A stretch of 64,000 bases of DNA from an uncultured candidate division Zixibacteria bacterium (GCA_963801605.1 CAWDFP010000006.1:576001-640000); one strand, 5' to 3'. Shown: positions 29,733 to 41,669, counted from the first letter of the stretch. The notes: generated by a model not told the origin, from the letters alone. Numbers and translations: made by a program.

Positions 29733-32700
29733 ATGATCGACAAACTGGAAAAACTCGATAAGATACACGGCTTTAAGCGGCTTTTTGAGCAAATAAACAG
29801 CGGGAAAGCCTCGATCAAGGTTGGGGGCATGGTCGGTTCATCGCGAGCCCTTCTGGCAAGTTGGTTATTTCTCAAAACCGGCCGCACTGTTCTTTTTATT
29901 ACCCCCGATACGGAATCGTGCGAGAAAGCATACGACGATTTTTTGGCCTATCTCGGCGAGGATAAGGTTGCGGAATACCCATCCTGGGAGGTGCAACCAT
30001 ACGAAATCCGCGCACCCCATGCGGAAAACGTAGGAGACCGTCTTAAAACGCTTCACGATCTCCTACGCGGACAGAAGATGATTATTTCCGCCCCGGCCGT
30101 GGCGCTTCTTGAGCCGACCATTGAACGGCACAAGCTTGAAAGATTGGCGTTGGCGTTAACTCCGGGACTCGCGATCAATCCCGAAGAACTCAAGGTGCGA
30201 TTGGTCGAGATGGGTTTTACCCGGCAGCCGGTCGTCGAGCAGCTTGGAGATTTCGCCGTAAGAGGCGGTATCATCGATATCTTTCCGGCAACCCGTTCGG
30301 AACCGATCCGCGTGGAATTTTTCGGAGATGAAATTGAATCTATCCGCACTTTCTCTGTCCTCACCCAGCGTTCACTGGATCGCTTGCAGGATGCCGAGAT
30401 ATTACCGCTCCGGGAATTCCCTATCGAAATGGGAGTAGTGGAGCTTGTCAGCGCCGAGCTTCCCCAGGAGCAGGCTATCGCCCTTCATGATGCTCTCGGA
30501 CCGGAACATCTGTTTGACGGGCTGGAATTTTTCAGCCATCTTTTTGAATCGCGCAAGAGTTCGCTTTTGAATTATCTGCCCGATGACGCCATCATAGTGC
30601 GTGACGACCCTGAACAGATAAAGGAGCAGATTGAAGATACCCTCGAAAAAGCCCAGCAGCGCTACGAAGAGCGAAACGACTACCCCTTCGGGAAACCCGA
30701 GGAAATCTATATCGATTACAAGCATATCAGGGAAAGTATAGAAGAGCATACCGCGGTAAATTTACAGGGAATAATAAAGGAAAGCGCCGCCGATCTTGAG
30801 ATCGTTACCGTTCCGCAGGAACCATCAGGGCCGCATATTAAATCATTTGCCGAAAAACTGGCATCGTATAAGCGCGAGGGAAAATCGTCGATAATCTTCT
30901 GCGACGGCGAAAGCCAAAAGCGGCGTCTTTCGGATCTTTTGTCGGAATATGATATCGCCGTGCCGATGGAAACGCGGCGCATTTCGGAGGGGTTTGGCCT
31001 TCCCGATATATCACTCTGGTTTTTAACGGATCATGAGATATTTTCACGCATTACAACCAGGAAAAAGCTTCGTCGCTTCAAAGAGGGTATCGCTCTTTCG
31101 AGTTACCAAAGCCTCCAACCCGGCGATTTTGTGGTGCATATCGATCATGGAATAGGACGATTCCATGGACTGGAAACTATTACAGTCGATGGCCGGAAGC
31201 GCGATTGCCTGCTAATTTTTTATGCCGGCGATGATAAACTTTATGTTCCAATTGAAGAGTTTTCCAGGGTTCAGAAATTTGCCGGTAAAGAGGGAGCGCC
31301 CACACTTTCGAGGCTTGGCACCGGCGCCTGGGAGAAAACAAAGGCACGCGCCAAAAAGGCAATTTTAGATATGGCCGAGGAGCTTATCGCCCTTTATGCT
31401 AAACGGCAGGCATTGCCCGGCTATGCATTTCTTCCCGATACCCAATGGCAGCGCGAATTGGAGGCCTCATTTCCATACGAGGAAACGCCCGATCAGGAAA
31501 AAACGATCGACGATATCAAATCCGATATGGAGCAGGCCAGCCCGATGGATCGCCTGGTTTGCGGGGATGTCGGGTATGGGAAAACGGAGGTCGCCATCAG
31601 GGCGGCGTTTAAGGCAGTCGAATCGGGAAAGCAGGTGGCGATTCTGGTTCCGACCACGATTTTGGCCCAGCAGCATCTTAACACTTTTCGAGATCGGCTA
31701 TCGCGATTCCCGGTTAAGGTTGATATGCTGTCTCGCTTTCGTTTGCCTAAAGAGGCCAAGTCGGTCAAGGAAGGAATCAAGGCGGGGACAGTTGATATCG
31801 TAATCGGTACCCACATGCTTCTTCAAAAGGATATTGAATTTAAAGACCTGGGTCTTTTAGTAATAGACGAAGAACATCGTTTCGGGGTAACGCATAAGGA
31901 AAAAATCCGAAAGCTGAAAACTCAAGTCGATACTCTGACGCTGACCGCTACTCCTATTCCTCGTACCCTGCAATTATCTCTCCTGGGGGCGCGGGATATG
32001 TCGGTAATTAATACGCCCCCGAAAGATCGTTTACCGATTATGACCGAAGTCGCCCTGTTTAACGATCGAGTCATTTTCGAGGCAGTGGAACGTGAGCTGG
32101 CGCGCGGCGGTCAGGTGTTTTTCGTGCATAATCGCGTGGAATCTATCGACGCTATCTACAATTATTTGAAGCGCTTACTGCCCGCGGTTCAAATCGGCGT
32201 TGGCCACGGTCAGATGGTCGGAACGCTCTCTGGAACGGGTCATGCTTAATTTCCTCGAGAAAAAATACCAGGTGCTATTAGCTACCACAATTATTGAATC
32301 GGGTTTGGATATACCCTCGGTAAACACGATTATTATCAACCGAGCCGATAAACTTGGACTGGCTCAGCTCTACCAGCTTCGAGGCCGCGTGGGACGTTCC
32401 ACCAAGCGTGCCTTTGCATATCTGCTTGTGCCGCCCCTTAAAATGCTCACCGAGAAAGCCCGCAAAAGACTCCGCGCGATCGAGGAGTTCACCGAATTGG
32501 GCTCAGGATATCATCTGGCGCTTCGCGATCTGGAGATTCGCGGCGCGGGGAATATCCTTGGTGCTCAGCAGCATGGCTTTATCGAAGAAGTCGGATTTGA
32601 TCTTTACTGTCGTCTCCTTGAAGAAGCGGTGGCAGAAATCAAACAGACCGGCCCGGCTCTTGAAAAGATCGAACTTAAGATGCAAACCGATCTCGACCTG

Positions 32701-33099
32701 TTTGTGCCCGAAACTTACATAGACGATCCCAACCTCAGAGTAGAGCTATATCGCAACGTCTCAAATATCAACGACATCGAACGGCTGACAGCCTTCGCCG
32801 AGGAGCTATCGGATCGATTCGGGCCGCTACCGGAGGCGCTGGAAAATTTGCTGAATCTGGCAGAGGCGCGAATTTTGGCAATCAAGTTAGGCGTACAAAG
32901 GTTGGTGTTTAAGGATGGCGAGCTATTCCTGGAATTCCCCGTCGACAGGGAGTTTACGAAAAGCGAGATCGAGGGCTGGCATCGACGGGTGCCGCACAAG
33001 ATGGAGTTTAAATCCTTTAACGGTCTTAAGATGCATGCAAAGCTTAAAGAACACAACGGGACTGTCCTCAAAATGACCTTGCAGTCGTTACTGGGTTAA
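29733..33099 (+). CDS. mfd: Transcription-repair coupling factor; one frameshift near 32217
   Basis: [47 protein letters not shown] continues as SERSLER after removing one G. Confidence 0.95.
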
Positions 33100-33166
33100 G
33101 GTAAATTCTAAATCTGTGGAACATTTAACATTGTGGCGCTCAAAACAGGATAAGGATTATTAAATA

Positions 33167-34891
33167 ATGAGACATGGTTTTGCTGCCATTCTGGCAATCA
33201 TCTTGACATTAAACCTGGCTTGCTCAAAGTCTCCTAAAAGCACTGATGACCCCAGGTACAGCGATAAGCGCATTGCCCTTCAGGAAGGCGATAACAAGCT
33301 GACCCTGGGCGAGGTGCAGAAACATTTTTCGGCGGCGAAATTTGATAGCCCTGAGCAGGAGTTCGATCTTAAAAAGGATTTTGTAAACAAGTTTTTGGAT
33401 CGCTTTCTACTGATGGAAGGCGCCAAAGAAGCGGGGATCGTGGCCGATCTTGACTCATCGATAATTAAGCGCTCGCTTCTGCAGAATTTATATAATGAAA
33501 AAATCATGAAAGAAATAAATGTAACCGACAGCGATATCGATGATTTTTTCAAGCATTACGGAGGGGAGATCGAAGTCGGCATGATTTCGCTTTACGACTC
33601 TACGCTGGCCGACAGTCTCTATCATGCCCTGGAAAAAGGAAGCGATTTCGAGCAGCTTGCCAAAAACTTTTCAAAGCATGTTCTGAGCGCCGAGAAAAAC
33701 GGAAACCTGGGTTATATTTCATACGGCAGACTTAGCGACAAAGTTCAGGATGTGGCTTTCGGTCTGAAAACAGGTGAATTTTCCGAACCCATTAGAACCC
33801 GATCCGACTGGGAAATCATCAAACTTTACGATCGTATTAAAAATACTAAAGATGATCTGGATAAAAACAAAGACAAATATCGGGAGATGACCAATCAGTA
33901 TTTGCAGAAAAAACGGGTCAACGAATTTGTCGATCAATCACGCGCGGATGTCCATTATAAAGTAATCGAGCCTACCGTTAAGATGATGATAACCAAAGCC
34001 GACTCCGTCAAAGCCTCAGGTTCCAGACCAGCCGGGCTACCCACCTCCGCCTACCTGATCCCGGCAAGCTTTACTCAGGACGAGCAGCAAATGTATTTGG
34101 TGCAGTTTGACGGCGGCGGCACCACCGTAAAAGATTATCTGGATCTTATGCGCGGATATGCCCCGGAACGTTCCCCGGAACTTAAAAACAGCATTATCTT
34201 AGATGAAATTCTCGAGGGCCTGACGATGCCGGCGGTATTGGATAAGATTGCTCGACGGGAGGGAATCGACAAATCGCAGGCATTTGTAGATGGCATAGAA
34301 TATCTGAAGGGGAATTTTTTATCACAAAAGATGACAGATAAAATCTATAGCACACTCGATACCATTACCGAAAACGATATCGTAAAATACTACAATGAGC
34401 ATCGCGATGAATATTATATGCCTGATCAAGTTCGCGTCTCGGCCCTTGTCACAAAAACCAGGGATGAGGCCGAAGCTTTGCTAAAACGAATTAAAGGCGG
34501 GGCGCTTTTGCCTCAACTGGCGCTAAAATATTCCTTAGACAGGGAATCAGCGCCAAAGGGCGGAGATTTGGGATTCTTTACCGGCGCCCGATATGCTCCT
34601 ATTTACAAGGCATGCGAAAACATGAAACCGGGAGATTTGGGCGGCCCGATTGAATTAGATGGTAATTGGTGGATTTTTTCGCTTACCGAACGGATACCGA
34701 AATCGCTTAAAAGCCTTGAGCTTGTGCGGCCGGACGTTACAAGTGCCGTCGCTCAAGCCATGCGGGTCAACGCTTATAATAATTGGCTAACTAATATGAG
34801 AGAGAAGACCCGTTACACAATGGATCTTGATCTTATTAAAAATAACCTTACAATGGGTCCTCTCACCCAAAAAGGAAAGGATATTAAATGA
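33167..34891 (+). CDS. Lipoprotein peptidyl-prolyl isomerase with two parvulin domains
   Basis: Lipobox NLAC; FEQLAKNFS..GNLG and LALKYS.D..KGGDLG. Confidence 0.82.
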   Translation: MRHGFAAILAIILTLNLACSKSPKSTDDPRYSDKRIALQEGDNKLTLGEVQKHFSAAKFDSPEQEFDLKKDFVNKFLDRFLLMEGAKEAGIVADLDSSIIKRSLLQNLYNEKIMKEINVTDSDIDDFFKHYGGEIEVGMISLYDSTLADSLYHALEKGSDFEQLAKNFSKHVLSAEKNGNLGYISYGRLSDKVQDVAFGLKTGEFSEPIRTRSDWEIIKLYDRIKNTKDDLDKNKDKYREMTNQYLQKKRVNEFVDQSRADVHYKVIEPTVKMMITKADSVKASGSRPAGLPTSAYLIPASFTQDEQQMYLVQFDGGGTTVKDYLDLMRGYAPERSPELKNSIILDEILEGLTMPAVLDKIARREGIDKSQAFVDGIEYLKGNFLSQKMTDKIYSTLDTITENDIVKYYNEHRDEYYMPDQVRVSALVTKTRDEAEALLKRIKGGALLPQLALKYSLDRESAPKGGDLGFFTGARYAPIYKACENMKPGDLGGPIELDGNWWIFSLTERIPKSLKSLELVRPDVTSAVAQAMRVNAYNNWLTNMREKTRYTMDLDLIKNNLTMGPLTQKGKDIK

Positions 34892-35778
34892 CAAGGTATT
34901 TTACACTAATCGGGGCGGCACTAATACTGCTGATATCCTGCGGGACCAAACAGAAGACCGAGGGCACGTCCGAGACTCCCGGCGCAACGAGCGGTACAGT
35001 TCTGGCCAAGGTAAATAATGCGGTTCTGACTTACGAAGATCTGAAGTTACAGCTTCCATCCGAGTATCGCGAGCAGCTGCGAGGCAAAGATCTTCAGGAT
35101 GCCATAGATACCTGGGTAAATACTGAGCTATTAGCTCAACTCGGAGAACAGATGGGTGTCGATAAAAGTCCCGAGATTGCCGCTGTCATGCGCTTCCGCA
35201 AGGCCGACGCCATTGCGCGCCGCCTGGTGGAACTTGAGGTTACGAACAAGACTAAGGTTGAACCCTCCGAGATTGATTCGGCGTATAAAGCAGACAAGGA
35301 AAGCTATAAGGTCGATAAGGACAGAATTAGAGCCAGCCATATTTTGGTCGCCTCCCAGGAAGAAGCTGATGCCATTTATAGCAGACTAAAAAAGGGTGAT
35401 GATTTTGCCCAGTTGGCCCAGGATTATTCAGTCGACAGACAGAGCGCCGCTCAAGGTGGGGATATCGGCTATTTCAGCGCTGATCAGATCGATCCCGATT
35501 TTGGAAAAGCAGCGGATAAACTTCAAGTCGGGGAGTATTCCCAGCCAATTAAAACCAAGTACGGATTCCATTTGATAAAGATAACTGACCGCCTGAAAGC
35601 CGGCACCGACCTGGATAGCGTGGAAGTTAAAACTAAAATCGAGGAAGGGCTTAAGGCATCCAAGCAAGGGCAGGCATTCAACCAGCTTCTTGATTCGCTA
35701 AAAGTAAAAGCTAAAATCGAGCGTTTCACTCCTGCAGGCCTCGGCCTTGAGACGACTCCCGGCACGGTAGGAAAATGA
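34888..35778 (+). CDS. Lipoprotein parvulin-type peptidyl-prolyl isomerase
   Basis: Lipobox LISC; ASHILV, FAQLAQDYS, GGDIG, TKYGFHLI. Confidence 0.88.
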   Translation: MTRYFTLIGAALILLISCGTKQKTEGTSETPGATSGTVLAKVNNAVLTYEDLKLQLPSEYREQLRGKDLQDAIDTWVNTELLAQLGEQMGVDKSPEIAAVMRFRKADAIARRLVELEVTNKTKVEPSEIDSAYKADKESYKVDKDRIRASHILVASQEEADAIYSRLKKGDDFAQLAQDYSVDRQSAAQGGDIGYFSADQIDPDFGKAADKLQVGEYSQPIKTKYGFHLIKITDRLKAGTDLDSVEVKTKIEEGLKASKQGQAFNQLLDSLKVKAKIERFTPAGLGLETTPGTVGK

Positions 35779-37049
35779 GAACATTAAAATACTTTATCAT
35801 TGCGCTGCTGATGTCGGCCCCGGTATTCGCCGAGGTTGTCGATCGTATTGTAGCGGTAGTTGATAAACAGATTATCCTCAAATCGGAGTTGGACGCTCAA
35901 TTACAGTTGTATGCGATGCAGAACAAACTTGATTTGAGCAGACCGGGACTCCGGGATACTCTTCAAAACCAGTTGCTCGACAGGATGATCGAAGATAAAG
36001 TCCTTCTGGTGGAGGCCGAGCGTGATACATTAATTAGCGTCACTAACAAAGAAGTGGAGACGGCGCTTTCCAGTCAAATCGATAAAATAAAGGCGCAATT
36101 TGCCTCAGAGAACGCCTTCCTGGAGCAGTTGCGAACCGAGGGGTTGACCCTGAAGGAGCTTCGAACCCAATACCGCGACGAGGTACGAAATCAACTGCTA
36201 AAAGAAAAATTCATCCAGATGAAGCTGGAAAAGGTGCATATTTCATCGGGTGAGGTTAAAGAGTTTTATGAGGCCAACCGAGATTCTCTTCCCGAAAAGC
36301 CAGCCGGAGTTCGCCTGGCTCACATACTTATAAGCGCCACGCCCAGCCAGGCATCGCGCGATTCGCTCTACCGTTACGCGGAACTTATCCATCAGAAGGC
36401 GGTTGCCGGAGATGATTTTGCTGTCCTGGCCAAAAACTATTCCCAGGATCCCAGCGCGGGCGATGGTGGCGATCTGGGCTGGTTTGGCCGGGGAACAATG
36501 GTTCCGGAATTTGAGGAAGCCGCCTTTGCGCTTCAGCCCGGACAAATTTCGGACGTGATCCAAACGCAATTTGGTTTTCATATCATTAAATGCACCGGCA
36601 AAAAGGAAGATAAGATTAAGGTCAGCCATATCCTGATCCGTCTACAGGCATCCGATGAGGACCTTAGAACCAAGCTTGCCTTGGCTGATAGCCTTTACGG
36701 TTTACTTCAGAACGGTGCAGATTTTGCGGAACTCGCCAAAAAGTATTCTGACGACGAAAGTACTCGTGATGCCGGCGGAGAGCTTGGCTGGTATGCCGCT
36801 GACGATCTTATGCCGGGATTCAAAGAAGCCCTGCAAGGTATTGAAGTCGGGCAGATATCGAAACCGGTAAACAGCGATTATGGATATCATCTTATCAAGC
36901 TTGAGGAACGCCGATCCGCGACGCCGGTGGAATTCAAGGAAGATTATGATACCTTAGCCGAAATGGCTCGTCGGGAAAAAACACAAAAGCAACTCGAGGA
37001 ATATATCGCCAAGGTTTCGGCGGGTATGTATATCGACAAGAGGTTGTAA
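35775..37049 (+). CDS. surA: SurA-like chaperone/PPIase
   Basis: VVDRIVAVVD..IILKSE N-domain plus two parvulin domains. Confidence 0.85.
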   Translation: MRTLKYFIIALLMSAPVFAEVVDRIVAVVDKQIILKSELDAQLQLYAMQNKLDLSRPGLRDTLQNQLLDRMIEDKVLLVEAERDTLISVTNKEVETALSSQIDKIKAQFASENAFLEQLRTEGLTLKELRTQYRDEVRNQLLKEKFIQMKLEKVHISSGEVKEFYEANRDSLPEKPAGVRLAHILISATPSQASRDSLYRYAELIHQKAVAGDDFAVLAKNYSQDPSAGDGGDLGWFGRGTMVPEFEEAAFALQPGQISDVIQTQFGFHIIKCTGKKEDKIKVSHILIRLQASDEDLRTKLALADSLYGLLQNGADFAELAKKYSDDESTRDAGGELGWYAADDLMPGFKEALQGIEVGQISKPVNSDYGYHLIKLEERRSATPVEFKEDYDTLAEMARREKTQKQLEEYIAKVSAGMYIDKRL

Positions 37050-37309
37050 TGCGCCTTGACAGATTTTTGTCTGTCGCCCGAATATTTAAGAGTCGATCTA
37101 TGGCCGCGGAGGCTATCCAGGCCTCCATGGTTTTTATAGATAACATAGCGGCCAAGCCTGCCAGAGAAATCAGGCCTGGCCAGATAATCGAAATTGACAC
37201 CCCCCGATTTTATAAAAAATTCGAGGTTCTTGCTTTGCCCATTGGGAATATCAGCAAAAAGGACGCGGCATCATTGTTTAAGCTCATAGAGGAAAGAGTT
37301 AAAGATTGA
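37049..37309 (+). CDS. hslR: S4-domain RNA-binding protein (Hsp15-like)
   Basis: MRLDRFL...RIFKSRS.A, AKPAREI. Confidence 0.8.
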   Translation: MRLDRFLSVARIFKSRSMAAEAIQASMVFIDNIAAKPAREIRPGQIIEIDTPRFYKKFEVLALPIGNISKKDAASLFKLIEERVKD

Positions 37310-38613
37310 AATCGTTTTTACACGATACCCAAAAGAGAAAGCCAAAACAACGAGCTATACTGGTAGGGGTTTACAGGAAATCCGATAGAGCCGTCTCAGA
37401 GGATAACCCGCTGGAAGAATTAGCCAGCCTTTGCCGTACCGCCGGAGCAAATGTAGTGGGGCGCATGACTCAGTTTGTAGAGCGCTTTAGCCCGGCTACT
37501 TTTATGGGAAGCGGCAAGGTGGGCGAACTTTCAGAATTGGTGAAAAGTGAAAAGGCCGATATCGTGGTGTTTGATACTATCCTGGCGCCATCGCAACAGG
37601 TAAACCTGGAAAAGCACCTCTCCCGGCAGGTGATCGATCGGCCGGGATTGATACTGGATATATTCGCTATTCATGCCAAAACGCGTGAATCTCGTGCCCA
37701 GGTAGAATTGGCCCAGATGCAATATTTGCTTCCCAGGCTGGCAGGCGGTTGGAAACATCTGGAGCGTCAGGAAGGCGCTATCGGAACCAGAGGCCCCGGC
37801 GAAACGCAGCTTGAAACCGATAGAAGACTGGTGCGAAAACGAATTTCTGATCTTCAAAAGAAACTCTCCGAAATTGAAGGCGAACGGCAGGTTCAACGCA
37901 AAGGGCGAAGCGAACTATTTAATATCTGCCTGGTGGGCTACACCAACGCCGGCAAATCGACCGTTTTTAATAAGCTTACGGGCGAGCACGTTTTAGCCGA
38001 GAATTACCTTTTTGCAACGCTTGACTCCACTACCCGCAAAATAAAGCTTTCCAGGCGAAACGAAGTGCTTCTTTCGGATACCGTTGGCTTTATCCATCGC
38101 CTGCCGGTTTCTTTGGTGGCATCGTTCAAATCAACTCTCCTGGAGGCCTCGGAAGCGGATTTGCTTTTGCATGTAATAGATATATCAGACGAAAAGTTAG
38201 AAGAAAGAATAGCTACCGTAAATGGCATTTTGGATGAGATCGGAGCGGGCGATATACCAATAATTCCGATTTTCAACAAAATTGATCTGCGAAACGATCC
38301 CGATCTCTATCGGGCAATCCTGGGACGTTATCCGGGTGCACATTTTATTTCGGCTGCAACCGGCGAAGGCCTTCCAAGATTGAAGACAGATTTGGAAAAC
38401 CAACTGGAACATTCCCGAGTCACAATTTTGCTATCGGTTAACCCCTCAGACGGTCGCGCTCTTAAACTTGTTAATTCACTGGCGTATGTTTACGAAAGCA
38501 ATAGCGTCGACGGAATTCTCGAAATTAAAGCCAGGTTTCTTAAAACCCGTCTTGGAAAGCTAAAGGGTCAGGGATTAAATTTTAAGGTAATAGACGATGC
38601 CAATGGAGCTTAA
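37306..38613 (+). CDS. hflX: Ribosome-splitting GTPase HflX
   Basis: RGPGETQLETDRR, GYTNAGKST, LFATLD, DTVGF, NKID. Confidence 0.96.
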   Translation: MKSFLHDTQKRKPKQRAILVGVYRKSDRAVSEDNPLEELASLCRTAGANVVGRMTQFVERFSPATFMGSGKVGELSELVKSEKADIVVFDTILAPSQQVNLEKHLSRQVIDRPGLILDIFAIHAKTRESRAQVELAQMQYLLPRLAGGWKHLERQEGAIGTRGPGETQLETDRRLVRKRISDLQKKLSEIEGERQVQRKGRSELFNICLVGYTNAGKSTVFNKLTGEHVLAENYLFATLDSTTRKIKLSRRNEVLLSDTVGFIHRLPVSLVASFKSTLLEASEADLLLHVIDISDEKLEERIATVNGILDEIGAGDIPIIPIFNKIDLRNDPDLYRAILGRYPGAHFISAATGEGLPRLKTDLENQLEHSRVTILLSVNPSDGRALKLVNSLAYVYESNSVDGILEIKARFLKTRLGKLKGQGLNFKVIDDANGA

Positions 38614-38784
38614 GAACGAAAATTAGCAATACTAGTCTCTTTAGACATATTCGAACCCTCATTTGTCAAAACGGGAGTCCAGATATTATATTAAACGCAA
38701 AATCCACTTGGAAAATTAATTTAGTTAAAGTAAGTTTGATGTAACTGAGTTTGGGAATAAGCCTTTAGCAATGGATAATAGAAG

Positions 38785-39990
38785 ATGGCAAACGTTGAGC
38801 CTAAAGTATTAAGTGAGCGGGCCGAAAAATATCGCGACTTTTCATCCCGTGCACTTTCCGATTTGATCAAAATTAAATCGATATCGGGCGCCGAGGAAGA
38901 GATTGTTAATTTTCTCGAAAGGGAGTTTTACGCTTGCGGAGCCCACGAGGTAACGGTTGATAATTTCGGTAATATAATCGCGCGAATCGGAAACCGCGGG
39001 CCGGTTATCGCCTTTGACGCTCATATCGATACGGTCGATGTCGGCGAGCGCGAGCGCTGGAGCTTCGATCCCTTCAGTGGCGAAATTAGAAACGGGCGAG
39101 TATACGGACGAGGCGCCTCCGATCAAAAGGCCGGCATGGCATCAATGATGACCGCTCTTAAAATTCTTTCGAGTATATCTAACGATCTACCCTTTACCGT
39201 ATTTTTTGTGGGCTCGGTTTTAGAGGAAGATTGTGACGGCCTTTGCTGGCAGTATATCGTAAAAGAAGATAAAATCAGGCCGGATATTATTATTATCACT
39301 GAGCCCACTGACGGGAAGATTAACCGCGGGCATCGGGGCCGAATGGAAATGGAGATTTCAGTTGGCGGAATATCATGCCATGGCTCCGCACCCGAACGCG
39401 GGCAGAATGCTATTTACAAGCTTGCTCCGGTAATTTGCGCTATTGAAAAACTTAATGACAGGCTTGTCACTGATTCCTTTTTGGGCAAGGGAACGCTGGC
39501 AGCTACCCGTATCCGTTCCAATTCGCCATCGCTTAACGCCGTAGCCGATATGGCCTGCCTCTATCTTGATCGCCGTCTCACTCAAGGCGAAACCCCGGAA
39601 ACTGCCCAGGCCGAACTTGAGGCGCTTCCGGAGCTCCAATCCGCCCAGGCCAAAATTACCGTGCCGGTTTTCGAAAATCCAAGCTGGCGAGGGACAATAT
39701 ATCCAACTCTCAAAACTTATCCTGCCTGGGTGCTTCCGGAAAATCACCATCTGATAGATTACGCCGGTCGATGCCACCAGAGACTCTTCAGCGAAGCAAC
39801 GATTATCGATAAATGGGTTTTTTCCACCAATGGTGTGGCTACGATGGGTCTTTTTAAGATTCCATCGTTCGGCTTTGGACCGGGCGAAGAGAAGATGGCT
39901 CATGCTCCTGACGAGTCGGTGGCAATCGATGATCTGGTGAGGTGCGCCGCCTTTTATTCTTATTTCCCCTGGATAGTGGTCGGGCAATAA
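38785..39990 (+). CDS. M20 family metallohydrolase (YgeY-like)
   Basis: DAHIDTV, GRGASDQKAG, EEDCDG, RGHRGRME, W.FSTNGV, AHAPDE. Confidence 0.85.
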   Translation: MANVEPKVLSERAEKYRDFSSRALSDLIKIKSISGAEEEIVNFLEREFYACGAHEVTVDNFGNIIARIGNRGPVIAFDAHIDTVDVGERERWSFDPFSGEIRNGRVYGRGASDQKAGMASMMTALKILSSISNDLPFTVFFVGSVLEEDCDGLCWQYIVKEDKIRPDIIIITEPTDGKINRGHRGRMEMEISVGGISCHGSAPERGQNAIYKLAPVICAIEKLNDRLVTDSFLGKGTLAATRIRSNSPSLNAVADMACLYLDRRLTQGETPETAQAELEALPELQSAQAKITVPVFENPSWRGTIYPTLKTYPAWVLPENHHLIDYAGRCHQRLFSEATIIDKWVFSTNGVATMGLFKIPSFGFGPGEEKMAHAPDESVAIDDLVRCAAFYSYFPWIVVGQ

Positions 39991-40011
39991 GATAACGAAT
40001 CCATCTAAACT

Positions 40012-40042
40012 AAAAGCGACTTCACGCCGAAGTCGCTTTTTT
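40012..40042. terminator. Bidirectional terminator
   Basis: AAAAGCGACTTC/GAAGTCGCTTTT between convergent genes. Confidence 0.8.
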
Positions 40043-40072
40043 AATCAAATTCAAATAATTGATAAATCTATG

Positions 40073-41545
40073 TTAGAGCGGGAGGTTTATTTCAGTCACG
40101 GCGCCTGAATCGTTGTAAAAACGTATCTGGCCGCCGTGTTCCTCGATAATTTTCTTGACGATAACCAGACCCAATCCGGTACCGGTGCGTTTTGATGTTA
40201 TATATGGTTGGTCAATCCGCTCCAGTTTCTCAAGTGGAAATCCAGGGCCGTTATCGCGCAACATCAGTTTGACGATATTTTCGGAAAATGAGCAGGAAAT
40301 TGATATTTTTGCTCCAGCCGGCGACGCCTCGAATGAATTCTTAATGAGATTTACCAAAGCGCGTTTCATCATCTGGGGATCGAGATTTAATAGAGGAATA
40401 TCATTCTGGATATCGGTAGTAATTACGTGATTTTGTTCGGCGCTAAAAATATGAACCGAATCTTTAATGATGTTTTTAAGAGAACATTGCAGACGCTTGA
40501 GATCCGGCTCTTTAGCAAATGTCGAAAAATGTTGAGCCAGGTCCCCAAGCGTATCGAATTGAGATCGAATCATTGCCAGAGAATGCAGGGCCTCGTCGGT
40601 GGTACCGAATTTGGGATCGCTTTTTAGCTTTTCCTGCAAACGAAATATCTCTATCCCTATCGGCGTCAGCGGATTTTTTATCTCGTGTGCGATTCTTCGG
40701 GCAACCTCGCGCCACGCCGCCAACCTTTCCGATTCTAATAGCTTGCATTGATTATCTTTTATCTCGGCAGCCATCCTGTTAAAAGAATTTGCTAATTGCG
40801 TAAACTCGTCGTCATGGCGGCCAAGGCTGACACGATAATCAAAGTTTCCGGTACCTATGATTTTGGCCCCATGGGAGAGTTTCTCCAGCGGTCCCGCCAA
40901 CTGCCGACTGATACTGGTTGATAGGACAATTCCCAGTAATAGGGCTATTCCAATACAGCCTGCAGTCGCTACCGCTACAAGTTTTAGGGAAAAAGCCTTA
41001 TAAATTTCGAGGCTGGCCGAGGCCGATATAGAACTAGCCAGTTGTCGTCCGCGTTGACTATATCCCGGCGGCATGAGGATTCCACAGCCTCCATTAAAGG
41101 AGGCCGGTTTTTTAAAGAAGATCAATAGACATCTTTCGCCAATCTCCAACCGCGAATTCTCTAAGAGCGCAGACTCTGACCTGCTTTGAAGGTTTTGAAA
41201 GGTGAAAGAGGATCGTGGAATTGAATCTGATAGCGACAGATACAAACTATCGCCGCTGAGAATAAAAGCCAAATCAACATCGTTAGATTTGCGCCAGGTA
41301 TCGATATCGCCAAGTTTTCCCCAGGCTTTCGAATCATCGGGCATATTTGCAATCAAAAATCGCCCCAGGGTTTCCTGGGTTTGTTCGATAAGCGAATCCG
41401 AGGCCTGTAGGCTGCCTTCGAATCCTCCGGCCCCGACTCGGTTTAAAGTAGAGCTCAACAGATATGTCGAAAATAAAAGCACCGCCAGGGTTGGCAAGAG
41501 AGCTACAAAAAAAATTACGAGTGAGATTTTGGCACGGAAAGACAT
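40073..41545 (-). CDS. HAMP-domain sensor histidine kinase (NtrY-like)
   Basis: Two TM segments, HAMP, AWREVARRIAHEIKNPLTPI, NLIKNS, DNGPG, GTGLGL. Confidence 0.92.
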   Translation of the reverse strand: MSFRAKISLVIFFVALLPTLAVLLFSTYLLSSTLNRVGAGGFEGSLQASDSLIEQTQETLGRFLIANMPDDSKAWGKLGDIDTWRKSNDVDLAFILSGDSLYLSLSDSIPRSSFTFQNLQSRSESALLENSRLEIGERCLLIFFKKPASFNGGCGILMPPGYSQRGRQLASSISASASLEIYKAFSLKLVAVATAGCIGIALLLGIVLSTSISRQLAGPLEKLSHGAKIIGTGNFDYRVSLGRHDDEFTQLANSFNRMAAEIKDNQCKLLESERLAAWREVARRIAHEIKNPLTPIGIEIFRLQEKLKSDPKFGTTDEALHSLAMIRSQFDTLGDLAQHFSTFAKEPDLKRLQCSLKNIIKDSVHIFSAEQNHVITTDIQNDIPLLNLDPQMMKRALVNLIKNSFEASPAGAKISISCSFSENIVKLMLRDNGPGFPLEKLERIDQPYITSKRTGTGLGLVIVKKIIEEHGGQIRFYNDSGAVTEINLPL

Positions 41546-41669
41546 AGGACGATTGTAATTAGAATACCGGCATGCTGTCAACCTGATTTGCTCAGGGATA
41601 AATGGAATGCCATTAGAGGTAGTTTATTTCCGGCTTGACAGGATATCTCCCATTTTGTAGGCTGAATGC

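Noticed and set aside
32200..32249. Programmed frameshift or split mfd
   Set aside because: There is no slippery sequence; one extra G after GHGQM explains it, consistent with other indels in the window.
39373..39987. 204-aa antisense ORF and the many other shadow ORFs in the track
   Set aside because: They lie inside well-supported genes on other frames and show no protein motifs.
38785..39990. Selenium-utilisation system implied by the YgeY-like hydrolase
   Set aside because: No sel genes, Mo-hydroxylase genes or convincing in-frame UGA were seen nearby.
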